A stretch of DNA of 64,000 bases from Octopus vulgaris (taxonomy: Eukaryota): NCBI GenBank assembly GCA_951406725.2, contig OX597827.1, forward strand, positions 37,758,001 to 37,822,000. The letters run 5' to 3'. How positions within the stretch are numbered: the stretch's first letter is position 1; every line of letters starts with the position of its first letter. Shown here piece after piece: positions 39,901-53,659 of this stretch. Under the pieces are notes generated by a model that searched no databases, had not been told where the DNA came from, and saw nothing but the letters and a program-made list of their open reading frames with translations. A program made the translations under genes and the position numbers.

Positions 39901-40311
39901 CAAAAAATGTTAAGTTATCTTTATTCCTAATTACCATACCATGATATGTTAAGCTCGTGTCTGTTTTCGCACTTTAACTCAATGCCACAGACATCAAAGG
40001 CTGAAGTAGTATTGAGTACACTAAGGAGATATGGTAGAAATTCGACAGCAATGAAAAACAGAGTAAAGAGGAAGAGGAAGAGGGTTATAGGCAAAGCAAT
40101 AGAATTAGAAACTTGACTCGTCAAAAATCAAAAAATAGCGTTAAAATTGTAAACATTTATCGTTTCAATTATTTATACTCTATGTATACTATTTTTTTAG
40201 CCACGCTTCACATCCTATTGTCTCCTTCCTCTCTACTCTTTTTCCTTCGTTGTTTATTCTCAAGTTTCTACCTTAATTACCTACAAATTTTGATGTAGCT
40301 TCTAATTTTAA

Positions 40312-40520
40312 AGCAACGAACTGGCAGAATCATTAGCGCGCCAATGCATGGCGGCATTTCATCCGTCTTTACCTTCTGAGTTCAAATTCCGTCGCGGCCG
40401 AATTTGCCCTTCACCCTTTCGGGGTCAATAACATAAGTACCAGTTGAACATTGGAGGTCGATGTAATTGACTTACTCCCCCACCCCACCGAAATTGCTGA
40501 CCTTCTGCCAAAATTTTAAA
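40312..40520 (+). mobile_element. Diverged Nin-domain SINE
   Basis: gaactggcagaatcattagc, gagttcaaattcc, ccctttcggggtcaataac. Confidence 0.8.
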
Positions 40521-40564
40521 CTGATATGTTTTCTAATTTAAGTATTTTAGTTAATTTCTCTTAT

Positions 40565-40780
40565 CATTTGTCTTTTACTTGTTTCACTCATTGGACTGTG
40601 ACCAGGCTGGGGCACTGTCTTAAAGAGTTTAGTCCAACAAATCGACCGCAGGACTTATTTTTTGTAAGCCTAGTACTTATTCTATCAGTCTCTTAAACCG
40701 AACCGCTAAGTTACGGGAACGTAAACACACCAACATCGTTTGTCAAGCAATGGTGGGGAGGGGACAAACACAAACACGCA
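40565..40780 (-). mobile_element. CORE-type SINE 3' half (5' half at 41343-41468)
   Basis: Matches the reverse complement of 10890-11095; head fragment lies further downstream. Confidence 0.8.
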
Positions 40781-41277
40781 AACACATTAATAATATATAT
40801 GTGTGTGTGTGTATATATATATATATAATAACAAAATAATAAATAAAATATACGCATATATACATACATATATGTACATACCAACATCTATATGTATATA
40901 TACATGCATATATGGGTACAGGACACCGAAAAAAACGTAGAACACAATGAGAAACGAAAATATAAAAACAAAAACGTGGAAACGGACTTTTTTCAAACAA
41001 CGAAAAAACAGAGTACAAGACGTACAAAACAAGGAATATTCCCCTTCTTCAGTTCTCCCTGATATCTCTCCTACTGATTATCACTTATTTAGGTATTTTG
41101 AGCTTTTCATATGCAATTAAACATTTTTAAATAGAGAAGAGGTAATTGAAGTATTCGGACTGTTTATCACAGCATAAGATGAATTTTTTTTAAAGATGGA
41201 ATATATGACTTAGAGAAACGTTGGGTAAAGGTCATAAATGAACATGGATCATACGTTGATTAAATAAATCAGTTCTC

Positions 41278-41330
<53 letters not shown>

Positions 41331-41585
41331 GCATATATTTCCGCCTACCAAATCCACTCACAAGGCTTTGGTCGGCCCGAAACTATATTAGAAGACACTT
41401 TCCCGAGGTTCCACGCACTGAGATTGAACCCGGAACCATATGATTGGGAAGTAAGCTTCTTACCACACATACATACATACATACATACATACATACATAC
41501 ATACATACATACATACATACATACATACATACATACGTACATACACGCATGTGTGTGTGTGTGTGTGTGTAGGCGTGGCTGTGTG

Positions 41586-42006
41586 TTTCGGTTTGAACGG
41601 CAGTTTTTAACAATTTCTGGGAAATAAAAAATTTTAAACTTCGTATACTGGTAGAATGTGTTTATAAAACATCTTTTTTTCTTGCCTTTATTGAGAAAAT
41701 TCTATAGTTTGCAAGATATTTGTCGTTTTTTTTTTCTTCAATTTCTGCAATTTCAACCAATCAGTGACGTCTATTGAGTTAAAAAGTATTCTGTGTCGTA
41801 TGAATATCTCCCTCGTTTAAGAAACAGATTGGGTTTATTTACATTTGTGAAGAAAAAAAGATACCCTTCCCCCACCCCTAACCCTAACTAACCCTAACCC
41901 TAAAAGAGATTGAAATGCAATAGATCGCTTCTATGGTCATAATTATGGGTGACAATTTCATATGACACCGCCAGAAAAAAACTGCCGTTCAAACCGAAAA
42001 GATCCG
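41586..42006. mobile_element. MITE with terminal inverted repeats and internal (CCCTAA)n
   Basis: tttcggtttgaacggcagttttt / aaaaactgccgttcaaaccgaaa; related partial copy at ~59413-59660. Confidence 0.8.
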
Positions 42007-42997
42007 ACAAAGGTCTTGGTAGACGAAAACTAACAGAAGTCCATTATGTGCGCGTGTGTGTGTGTTTATCTTAAGGTCATCAGTTCTATTCTCGGCGGTG
42101 CGTTGCTCCAGTCCTTTCAGCTGGCAAAAATGAGTAATGCCTGTATTTCAAAGGACTAAGCCTTGTCACATTCTGTGTCACGCTAAACCTCCCTCAGAAC
42201 TACATCAAGGGCATACGTGTCTGTGGTGTGTTCAGCCACTTGCACGTCAATTTCACGAACAAGATGTTCTGTTAATACTGGAATATGTGTTTGTGTTTGT
42301 GTTTGGCCTCCCACCACCACCGCCGCTTGTTTTTTACGTCTCTACATTTTAGCGGTTCGTAAAAAGAAATCAAAAGAATGGATAAAAAGAAATCAAAAGA
42401 AATCAAAAGAATGCTAACAAAAAAATAAGTATTGGTGTCGATTTGTTCGACTAAAATCTTTCAAGGTGCCGAATGGCATGACTGAAACAAGTAAAAAATA
42501 AATGATATGAGCCGATATTTCGTCCCGTAATCAATAAACAAGCGAAGAAAAATTACTTCTCTTTAGTCTGATTTTCTCTCTCACTCGTTGATGAAGAATC
42601 CATGATGTGTTCGTTACTTGTTTTCTATTATACTGTCTATTATACTTTCAATTATACAGGCGATATCAATGTGATTAGGTTCCCTATACGAACAGCTTCC
42701 TTTAATATCCATTATTTTTCCATGTGTATTCTGGCTGTTAGAGTCTTATGGAACTAATACATTATGTTAGAACACCATTTTCAAATGCTGTACACTTTGT
42801 CTTTTGCATAAACTGATACGAGTACCGAAATGTTCGTGAAACATATTTTCATTCCTCACCCCCAAATAGCACCCAAAATATATTTTCTGGTTGAGCACTT
42901 CGCTTATATATGATAGCAAGTTTCTTCATATTTTTTTTATTTATGTAGAGTTGCAACATGATTGCAAATCATGTTGTTCGTGTCCGACGCTTTAGTG

Positions 42998-43276
42998 CAG
43001 TGTTTCTCAACCATTTTTGTTTTTGTTTTTTGTTTTTTTACCTTTGGACTCCTTCGATTCCTAATTTATTCAGATGGACCCTAATAACTATTCAATGTTT
43101 CAAAAAAATCCTATTATACTTTTATAATTAAACGTTGTTAGGAATTGTATAAAATTGTTAAAATATTCTGTATATTCTATCATAGAAGTATAACCAATTT
43201 AATGTACATAAATTTTAACAACAAAATCTTATATAGACCTCCAAGGGCCATATGGATCCCCAGTTGAGAACCACTG
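42998..43276. mobile_element. hAT-type MITE with 8 bp target-site duplication
   Basis: TIR cagtgtttctcaac / gttgagaaccactg; flanked by ctttagtg at 42990-42997 and 43277-43284. Confidence 0.92.
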
Positions 43277-43675
43277 CTTTAGTGGCTCTGCTAACCTGTC
43301 AGCTTTTACTGGATTGAAAATAAAACCTGGCAAAGGGTGGAAAAGCTTCTTACAGATTAAGTCAACAACCAAACACATATGTAGAAAACAGGTCCTACCA
43401 GGTTATGTGCCCCTTGAAACATACATTTCTGGTCACGGAAATAAAAGTAATATTCATTGCGTAATCCAATGAACCAGAAAAAATCCATTGTCTAAAGAAG
43501 TCCACAGTCTGCCTGGATAATGAACCATAGCAAAATTTAGGCAATAAACCATATTTTTACGGATCATTCCAAGAGCTTTTGTTATTCCAAGCAACAGTTA
43601 GAATTATAGTCTAGACTTATTGTACTAACATCAAATATGTTAGCACCCACTTTGACAAACAGACTGGTCGACAGG

Positions 43676-43677
<2 letters not shown>

Positions 43678-43753
<76 letters not shown>

Positions 43754-43776
43754 TATAGATAGACAGACAGTTAAAC

Positions 43777-43841
<65 letters not shown>

Positions 43842-43924
43842 TACAGACAGTTAAACAGATAGAGAGATAGACAGACAGACAGACAGCTGTTTTCTCTTAT
43901 GGACAGACAGACAGACATTCAGAC

Positions 43925-44004
<80 letters not shown>
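43678..44004. repeat. (GATA)n/(GACA)n microsatellite complex
   Basis: Direct reading. Confidence 0.95.
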
Positions 44005-45229
44005 GTGTGTATGTTGTATGTGTGACTGTTAGAATGTATGATGTGTAATTATATATATATGTATGTATGGTATGTTCCGTGTTCTGAGTGTACTGCACTG
44101 ATTTGGCTTACGTACCTCAGCCCTGAGTTGATGACATGTTGACCTTCATCGACTTTCTTTGTGGTTCATTGAACTAAACATCTAAATTTACACTGGTCTC
44201 TATTCTTAGCCGGAATCTTTTAAATTTTATCTCTGCCATGTCAGTTCTGAGAATATTGTAGAAAATTTCACCAGCAATGCACTCACTGCTATCACAACTA
44301 CAAACACACCACCACCATCACACCTCTACCATCACTCCTCCACCATCGCATTTCCGCCACCACACCTCTACTATTATACCTCCACCATCACACCACTACC
44401 TCACACCACCACCATCACTCCTACACCATTACACCGCTATCATCGCCCTACCACTACTATACCTCTAACGTTACACTCACACTGCTGTCATTACCCTCAC
44501 TTTTACCACACACCCCACTGCCAACTACGCCAAAATTCCCCTAACCCAACCCCTATCCTCCACTATTTTTCTGAATGTTTTTGTTTGCTTCATTTACAGC
44601 CAAATCCAAAATATCTTGCTCCACCTACTAAAATAACAGCCAAATTTCCCTCAAATCATAGGTTTATTCAATTAGAGTTATGCCTAACAGAAGCACGTGA
44701 TAGTCAGTTGGAACACCTTTGATCTTAAGTTTGCTCAACAACAAATAACCAGAAATATTCCTGATTTTCTGAACGACTTCCAAAATAACAGAACATAAAA
44801 GCTAACAAAACTTCAAAAGTTGTTGACCAGTAAACAAATAAGAAAAAAAAAATGCAACAATGCACGAGATCTTTTTTGTTGTTTTGTTTTTGTTTTTGTT
44901 TTATTCTTGGGCCCATTGTTTCCATTTGTAAAATGAACGCTTTGCAATCATACTGTGAAATACCAAGTGCTGTATATTGTTCGTTATCGGAAACCTCCTT
45001 CTCATGCTAAAAGTGGCTGAGGAAGGGAACACAAAAGTAAACAACATTGATAATTAAAACATAGAATGAGGCATAAGTGTGTAAATGGCAGGGCATGATG
45101 AAGAGTAAAATAGTAATAAATGTTGAGTGAATAGCGAGGTCTGAAGATGTGTGGATGTATTAGGTTGGAAAGAATGTTCTGTCGTGTTTCAAGATCGGTA
45201 AGAAACACGTTTCTTTTGTCTTAATATTT

Positions 45230-46130
45230 AATCCAGATATTTCCCCTGATTATTGATAATATAATCTCATGTATTTGTTCAAAGTGTTGATCCTTTGGGA
45301 ATAAAATTTCTCAGATTTCGAAGCAAAGAAATACTCAGTTGCAATGATCTAAAAAGATGATTGTGAGATGGAGCAAGATCGGGAGAGCAAAGAAAATGAG
45401 AAAATTTCCAGATTTAGAGTCATAATCTTTTCTTGAATCACTTGGGTCTTGCATTATCGTCTAAGAGCAACACACTTTTAGGATTGACTGATGAAGGGTA
45501 CTTTTTCTTCAAATTTTTGTGAAATGCTTCCAGTTGACAATACTTCGCGTTAACTGCTTCGCTTTGCTTTAATACTTCATAATAGACGACACCCTACATA
45601 TCCCATCAAATACAGAGCATAACTATTTTTAGAGTAACCCTAGTTTGAAGATGAGTGTCCATTTTTCATTGGGTACTGACCAGTGTCATTTTCGTAAGAT
45701 ATGATTATAGAGAACCCACTAACCTTCACTTGTGGAAAGGTTTGGTTGCAAATCTAGTCTTCAATGACGAGCAGAGGGCAACACTTTGATTAAGTCTAGT
45801 TGCAGTCAGATGATGAGAGATTCACTGATCAAGTTTAGACGCTTTTTCTAGTTCATGAAGGTGTATTATGATCAAAGTGTGACTTGAATCAAACTGTTTT
45901 GCCATCTCTCGCACTGTATGTTTTGGATTTTCCTCAACTACGGTTTTCAAAAGTTCGTCAATCAGGAAAATCTGCGAGAGAAAACTTTCCCGACCGAAAC
46001 TGGCCAAACCATCGTTGGTATGTCCTGATACTTACAGCATCATTTCCATAAACGGAAAGAATAGTTCTTGCTGCATCCATTGCTGAAAATCCCCCTTTGG
46101 TTTCATACAGCATTCAGATACTGATATCGC
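45230..46130 (-). mobile_element. mariner transposase remnant
   Basis: DELLKTVVEENPKHTVREMAKQFDSSHTLIIIHLHEL (mariner HTH) and VMLCI.WDM.GVVYYEVL motif. Confidence 0.85.
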
Positions 46131-46223
46131 TCTAATTCATCTTAAAAGGTTTCGAATTTGACCACTATAGTATGACCATTTAATCGATATGAATTTGACC
46201 ACTATAGTATAAAGTGATTCACA

Positions 46224-46271
<48 letters not shown>

Positions 46272-47189
46272 AACATTAGAATGTAAAATGTAATGCTTAT
46301 TTTATCGTAAATATTGAAAAAATATTCTCAAAGTGATCATGACAAAACTACGGCAAGAATTTCTCTGCAATCTAATATCAACTATAATTGAATTAAGAAG
46401 GAATTAGTTCTCTGGTGGATTCAAGGCGAGAATAGAATGAGAGCCGGCAGACCGACCGCCGAGCCTAACTATACAGGAAGTTCTCACATCATACCGTAAC
46501 CTTGTCAAATAAAATAAATGGAAAGGTAGAGGAATCGAGAAAGCAAAAAATGAATATTTCCAAACAAATAACACCCTCCCCACAAAATTGCTGGACTTAC
46601 ACCAAAATTAGAAACCACTGTTTCAGTTGAGTTGTAAACCAGTGGCATTATATAATACAGTTTGATATTTCATTTAAAGAAAATGATATGCAATTGTATT
46701 ATTTGATATAGGCAGAAATTTTAGAATTCTGAAATTCTAATCATAAACAGTGAGTTACAGTTAAAAACTCCAGACCAGAATGACATAGTGACATTCATAC
46801 TGTGCTGATTCCATAACGAAAGAAGAAAACATTCTCAGCAATTCATTCAAGTTGGCCCGAAAATCCTTATTATGAATAGATGAAGGCTCCAGAGCCAAAG
46901 TAAAGAGAAAAAGCAGTTGAATTCGGTGTGAAATATAGTTTAGTTTCTCTAGAGTAGACAGTGCTTCTAGATGACATCACAAGTACTGCTCGTTCCCCGC
47001 TACGTCCCAGGTCTAATTATTTATATAGAATTACAATTTAACTAAACTTTGAAGCAGAGAGATCATGTGTCCAATATGACGATCCTGCATTACCACTACA
47101 ACATCGAATCATTGAGTTTATATGACTTTAAGAGCTTCTAACAAAACCTTTTAGATGTTTCTAAATAACAAGCAATAAATGTCTGCATA

Positions 47190-47610
47190 GGCGCAGGCAT
47201 GGCTATATGATAAGAAGCTTGCTTCACAATCACATGGTTCCGGGTTCAATCTCACTGCGTGGCACTTCAGGCAAGTGTCTTCTACTATAGCCTCGGGCCT
47301 ACCAAACCTTGTAAGGGGATTTGGTAGACGGAAACTCAAAGAAGCTAGTTGTATAAATATGTGTGTGTGCGCGCGCGTGTGTATCTTTATATCTGTCTTT
47401 GTCACCTCCCCTCCCCTACTATCACTTGATAACCGGTGCTGATATGTTTACGACCCCGTAACTTAGTGGTTTGACAAAAAGAGACCGGTAGAATAAATAT
47501 CAGGCTTTAAAAATATAAGTACTCGGATCGATACATTCGACTAAAAATTCTTCAAGGGGGTGCCCCAGGATGGCCGCACTCTAATGACTAAAACAAGTAG
47601 AAGATAAAAG
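47190..47610 (+). mobile_element. CORE-type SINE
   Basis: Full-length diverged copy of the 10687-11101 family. Confidence 0.88.
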
Positions 47611-47647
47611 CGAAACATCAAGTTGTGAGTTGAGATAAATTATTGCA

Positions 47648-48056
47648 TACTCTTTTACTCTTTTACTTGTTTCAGTCATTTGACTGCGGCCATGCTGGAG
47701 CACTGCCTTTCGTCGAGCAAATCGACCCCGGGACTTATTCTTTGTAAGCCCAGTACTTATTCTATCGGTCTCTTTTGCCGAATCGCTAAGTGACGGGGAC
47801 GTAAACACACCAGCATCGGTTGTCAAGCAATGCTAGGGGGACAAACACAGACACACAAACATACACACAAATACATATATATATACATATATACGACAGG
47901 CTTCTTTCAGTTTCCGTCTACCAAATCCACTCACAAGGCATTGGTCGGCCCGAGGCTATAGCAGAAGACACTTGCTCAAGATGCCACGCAGTGGGACTGA
48001 ACCCGGAACCATGTGGTTGGTAAGCAAGCTACTTACCACACAGCCACTCCAGCGCC
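47648..48056 (-). mobile_element. CORE-type SINE (tail-to-tail with the preceding copy)
   Basis: Full-length reverse-complement copy. Confidence 0.9.
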
Positions 48057-48729
48057 TATATGTAGTTTTTATTAAAGTGACCGGGATATATCGCTAAATA
48101 TAGAGCTGTGATTTTAGCTTATACTAATGACGTTAACGACTAACGATATTTGAAAACTTCAGCTGTTTTCTCTTGTGGAGTGCTTCACTAATTTTACGAT
48201 ATATCATAGGATAAGAAAATTGAACATTATTGACCAAAAGCAGCCAGCATCCCCACAAGCAGTTGCTTCCCATCATGCGATATTTGAGGAACTTGTCAAC
48301 GCACATTATCTTACAGCTGATCAAATTGGCAAAAGCCATAAAATTGGTTTCCGGTGTAAATGTTTCCCACTGAAAATATTTTCCAATGACAACAAATGAC
48401 AGTAGCTTCAAACACAATGATGAACGATCTGGCTAACACTTTTAGTGATTGATAATTCCATCGGAAATACATTTTCGTGTTATTTATGACCCAACGTCAC
48501 TTCTCATAAAACAAAAGGGCTTCTGAAATTATCCAGAACTTCAAATGTAACTGAAGTTTTGATTTCATAAAACAATCAATGCATTGATAAAATACAAATC
48601 TCTCTACACAGTAACTTACACAGTAATCTTATTTTGGAACCACGTGGTTACAGGTTCAGTCCTACTATGCGGCGTCTGGAGCAAGTGCTTTCTACAATAG
48701 ACCCAGGTCGACTAACGCCTTGTGAATGC

Positions 48730-48950
<221 letters not shown>

Positions 48951-51900
48951 GCGTCACAATAAAAACACTGGTAATTGCGCAACCTGATAATCGCGACCTC
49001 ATATGAGTGACAATGGAAAAACAAAATATTGTGAATAACGGTGGTAATGAAATCGAAGCCAATGATGGTGACAGTGTTACACCCGGTAGGCTCAGAGACT
49101 CTGGACTGGTTCCAGCCTGTCGATATCCAGAAAGGGACCACCACACACGGCATAGATGGAACGAGCAAATTAATGCAGTGGTCATGGAGTGTTACTAACT
49201 GAGCAGCTCGGTAGATGAAAATGGTGCTCAAATTAGGGGTTACCGACAACGTATGTATGATCATTGGAGAGAAAAGGGATTGTTTCAACTCACAGAACAG
49301 AGACTATGTGATCAAGCTAGAGCAATAAGGAAAAATTGTTGGTTCACTGAAGTAGGGCTCGAAGTTATCAAAAGACGGGTCATGGAAAATAGCAGCAGAG
49401 ATAACAATGAAAATACAGTTCTTACTAATAAGAGTAATCCCATAGCACAAGAAAGGAGCAGTGGTAGTTTACATGATGAGAGACATGTAGATGATCTAAC
49501 AGAAGGCAATAAAACTAAAGGCCACATGACAAATGAACAAAAGGCAATCTACGACAGAATAAAGGCAAGAATACAGGAGAACGATAACGACATTATTCGC
49601 AACCTTAAAAAGGTTTATCGATGGAAATTGAACCAAGAAACGAAAAATGTCAACGAAATTCTGAAATACATCAGAACAAACAACATCACAGAAACAAATA
49701 ATTTATTCAAAGCAGCAAGTATTGTTGCAGCAGAAAACGTGGGTGTTGATGTCAAGAAAGAGAAACATAATGGGAGCAACAAACAAAAAATCCATGGTGG
49801 AAAAGAAGAATCCAGGCAGGGTTAGACATGCTCTCAAAGGAAATATCTGTATTAGACTGAAAAGAGAAAGGGGAGCTTAAAAGTGAACAAAAATACAGGG
49901 CGCTGAAAAGGAAGTATAATATTGAAAGAAAGCGCCTGAAAGTAGTAGTAGAGGAACTGAAACAGCGTCTCGCTGCAAAGAAAGCAAAGATGGTAAGATA
50001 CGACCAAAGAATGAAGGATTACCACCAGAATAGGTTATTCAAAGTAGATCAGAAGAGATTCTATAAAGAAATAAAAGGAGAGTATACAGATGAAAAGTTG
50101 ATATCAGATAATATTGAAAGTCAAAGGTTTTGGAGTGACATCTGGAGCAAGACAAGGAGCACAAGAAGGGTGTTGAATGGTTGGAAGAACTGAAACAAAG
50201 AGTAGTCTGTCCAAAACAGGCAGAACTAGTCATTTCAGTTAGGGAATTGAAGGAAATAAGCAAAAAATGAGCAACTGGAAGGCCCTGGGACCAGATGGAG
50301 TTCAAGGCTACTGGATCAAAAGATTTGGTGAATGTCATGCACGAATAGCCGCACAACTCAACACCTTGTTAAATGCCGATCAAGGAACACTAGAGTGGTT
50401 GACATTGGGTAGGACAGTGCTGTGCCTAAAAACATCGAAAAAGGCAATACTGTAGACAATTACAGGCCGATATCATGCTTGCCACTTATGTGGAAGTTAT
50501 TGACTGGAATACTCACAGTTAATGGACGAACGTCTGGAAAAAAATGGAGTCCTGCCACATGAGCTGAAGGGTTGCAAGCGTAAGTGCAGAGGTACCAAGG
50601 ATCGACTCCTGATAGACAAAACTGTACTTTGAGACTGCAAGAGGAGGAAAAGTAACTTAGCCATGTCATGGATCGACCATCGTAAGGCGTACGATATGAT
50701 CCCACATTCTTTGATTATAGAGTGTATGAACTTATTTGGTATTGCATCGAATGTTGAGCGATTGGTTGGAAAAAGTATGGTGAATTAAAGGACGGACCTG
50801 ACAGCATACGGAAGTTTAGGGACAGTAGAAATTAGGAGGGGCATCTTCCAAGGGGACTGCCGGTCCCTACTGATCTTTGTACTGTGCTGTATACCACTAA
50901 CACTGATTCTGAGGAAAGCAAAAGCAGGGTGTGTATTCAAAAGCCGCCAGCAAAAAGTAAACCATTTGTTATTCATGAAGGACCTCAAACTTTATGGTAA
51001 AGATGAAGCCCAAGTCAGTTCCCTCGTTGATATGGTGTATACCTTCAGTGCTGATATCAGAATGGAGTTCGGACTGAGAAAGTGTGATATGTTAGTCTTG
51101 AAGCGAGGCAAAATCAAATGTATGAACAGGCTAACGATAACATCGAGGGAGATTATGAAGCAGATAGAAGAGACGGGCTATAAGTACTTGGGGATTATGG
51201 AAATGGATAAATTGATGGAGAAAGAAATGACAGAAAAATTTAAGGTGGAGAACTTGCGCAGACTGAGACTTACCCTTAAGTCGAAATTAAATGGACGGAA
51301 AAGATCGAAGCTATCAACACCTGGGCGGTTTGTTTCCTTAGATATGGAGCAGGGGTGATCGCATGGACAGTAGACGAACTAAACAGCTTAGACAGAAAGA
51401 CAAGGGAGTTGCTAACTAGATATGGGTCACTCTACCCAAAACGTGACACAGACAGACTGTATGTACCAAGAAAAAGAGGGAGAAGAGGACTTATTGGATG
51501 CATTAGAGCAGAAGAAAACAACATAGCATGGTATGTAAAAAATGCCATAGAACCGCTATTATTAGAAGAAGAAAAGTTAGGCTTGTGTAGAATGAAAGAT
51601 TGCAAAGATAAAGCACTGTACAAGAAATTGAAAACGAATGAAACTGAAAATAGATGGGTAAAGAAAAGAATGCATGGTCAATTTCATAAGGATGTTGAAG
51701 ATAAGACAAACAGAGAAAAAGATGGCTGTGGATGTCTAAAAGTGGTTTAAAACCCGGAAACGGAGGCTCTAATCTGTGCTGCCCAAGAGCAAGCACTAAG
51801 AACAAACTACATAAAATACAGAATAGACAACACAGCAAAAAGTGATAAGTGCAGAATCTGTGGACAAAACGGTGAAACCGTATGACATATTCCAGCCAAT

Positions 51901-52301
51901 ATACGCCACTAGCCCAGAAGGAATATAAGAGACGCCACGGCAATACAGCCAGGCTTGTCCATTGGACACTCTGCAACAAGTATGGACTCGACAGAGCACA
52001 AAATTGGTAAAAAAAAAATATAGAAAATAGAAATGCAAAGATCCTATGGGATTTTATGATTCAGTGCGACCATGAGATAGGGAATAGGAAACCGGACATA
52101 GTCTTAATTGAGAAAGAAAACAAACTATGTGGAACAAATAGGGGCTGCAATAAGGGTAGAGCACTTGCAGAAAACAGCACTGCTTGGAACCGTCCGAATA
52201 CTCCAGAAGGTGCTCGAAAAATAAGAGGTGTTACCTTAGTTCACTGGTAGTGAACAGTTGACACTGTAGTATATCTCCAGCGTTAGAAGCTGTGCAAAGG
52301 A

Positions 52302-52353
<52 letters not shown>
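48951..52353 (+). mobile_element. Near full-length R4/Dong-like LINE (degenerate single ORF) with (TAA)n tail
   Basis: N-terminal [108 protein letters not shown]; (TAA)n from ~52302. Confidence 0.93.
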
Positions 52354-52354
<1 letters not shown>

Positions 52355-52355
<1 letters not shown>

Positions 52356-52861
52356 TGATTGGAAGTGTTATCATGTACATTGTTTTGTCTTGGTATAAAA
52401 GATGGGCTACAGCAAATATTCTGCTCAATACCACAGATTTGCTTGTCAGTTGTTTGACCTTAACCAGTTGAGCATGTCCCTTAGTGGCTGACGATATGTG
52501 CATCTCTGATCACGAGCAGAAGTAGTGGGGGAGCATCATAGCCATGTGTTGAGAAGGATTCTTTGGGGTTTGATTAATTCACCTTTGGAAACATGGGTGT
52601 TTCGTTCAACGACCTTAAACAACCCTTATTCAGGGACCTTTTGAGCGGGATGGGTTACTCGATCTGAAGAAAATTCTAACTGGGCTCCACCTGCAAGGTC
52701 ATGTGCTGTTTATCTTGATATGAGATCACCATGTCGCGCACATATGGTTGTGATGCATGTGCCTGGTGTACCCTTATCAGACGGGTAGTCATGATGGGTA
52801 TACTGGGCTTCGTATATTTTACCCCAGTGTCACTTTGATGGCATGCTCTGCTCGCTCACTC
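52355..52861 (+). mobile_element. ~500 bp non-coding insert bounded by (AAT)n on both sides; probable 5'-truncated retroelement 3' end
   Basis: GC-richer segment ending ctcactc(aat)n; no ORF recognised. Confidence 0.5.
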
Positions 52862-52889
52862 AATAATAATAATAATAATAATAATAATG

Positions 52890-52959
<70 letters not shown>

Positions 52960-53043
52960 CAACAACAACAACAACAATAATAATAATAATAATAGCATCG
53001 AAAATACCTTAGGAATGAGAACCCAGGTTCGAAATTTCCCCAA

Positions 53044-53089
53044 GACACCTGATGAAGACTGGAGGGTATGTCAGCCGAAACGTTGTGTT
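53044..53089 (+). ncRNA. Minimal type I hammerhead ribozyme motif with intact core
   Basis: gacac CTGATGA a gactgg-agggtatg-tcagcc GAAA cg TT gtgtt; stem I 5 bp, stem II 6 bp with one mismatch, palindromic AACGTT stem III. Confidence 0.8.
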
Positions 53090-53219
53090 AACAACAAACA
53101 AGATGAAGACAGTTATCCGTCAAATGTAAATAATTTTTTTTTGTAGTTTCAGCTCAGAGCTACGGCCATGCTGGTGTAAATAATGTACATAATTCCTCAT
53201 CTCTTAAATATAGAACTGG

Positions 53220-53638
53220 TGGAGGGAGAAATGTTGAAAAACATTTAATATATGCGAGAGTGATAAAGATGCCCCCCAACCCCATCATTTCGAAGGTTGT
53301 GGTTTTTAAAAAATTAAGAAAATCCCCGTAGATCCCCGAAAAATTTTTCCCACATCTTTCTCTATAATTGTAATCTATGGCGATGTATAAATTTTCGTTA
53401 AAAGATACCCATTTTCCTGAAAGTTATGAGGGAAAAAAGTCAGATCGTGTGAATTTTCCAAAACTCCTCTCTCGACCTCCTCGGAAAAATTCTTTCCCAT
53501 AAATCCCTGTATACTCTGAAGTCAAAAAATCTAAGCGGTATTTGTAGAAAACTTTGTTAGAAAGTATCTATTTTTCTGGATGTTATGAGGCAACAAAATC
53601 CGGGGCGTATACAAAGCCAAGGACGGTCTTTCTGCTAG
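53220..53638 (+). mobile_element. Probable non-autonomous Helitron 3' portion
   Basis: Ends in a GC-rich subterminal segment and CTAG followed by T. Confidence 0.45.
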
Positions 53639-53659
53639 TATATATACATATATATATAT

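Noticed and set aside
39595-39937. Poly-proline / poly-leucine ORFs
   Set aside because: Arise from (GGA)n and (AAG)n low-complexity DNA; no splice or homology support.
46760-46977. ~70 codon open frame on the minus strand
   Set aside because: No convincing splice sites or recognisable motif.
48133-48417. 94 aa minus-strand ORF of ordinary composition
   Set aside because: No recognisable family or splice context; length within chance range, possibly decayed transposon.
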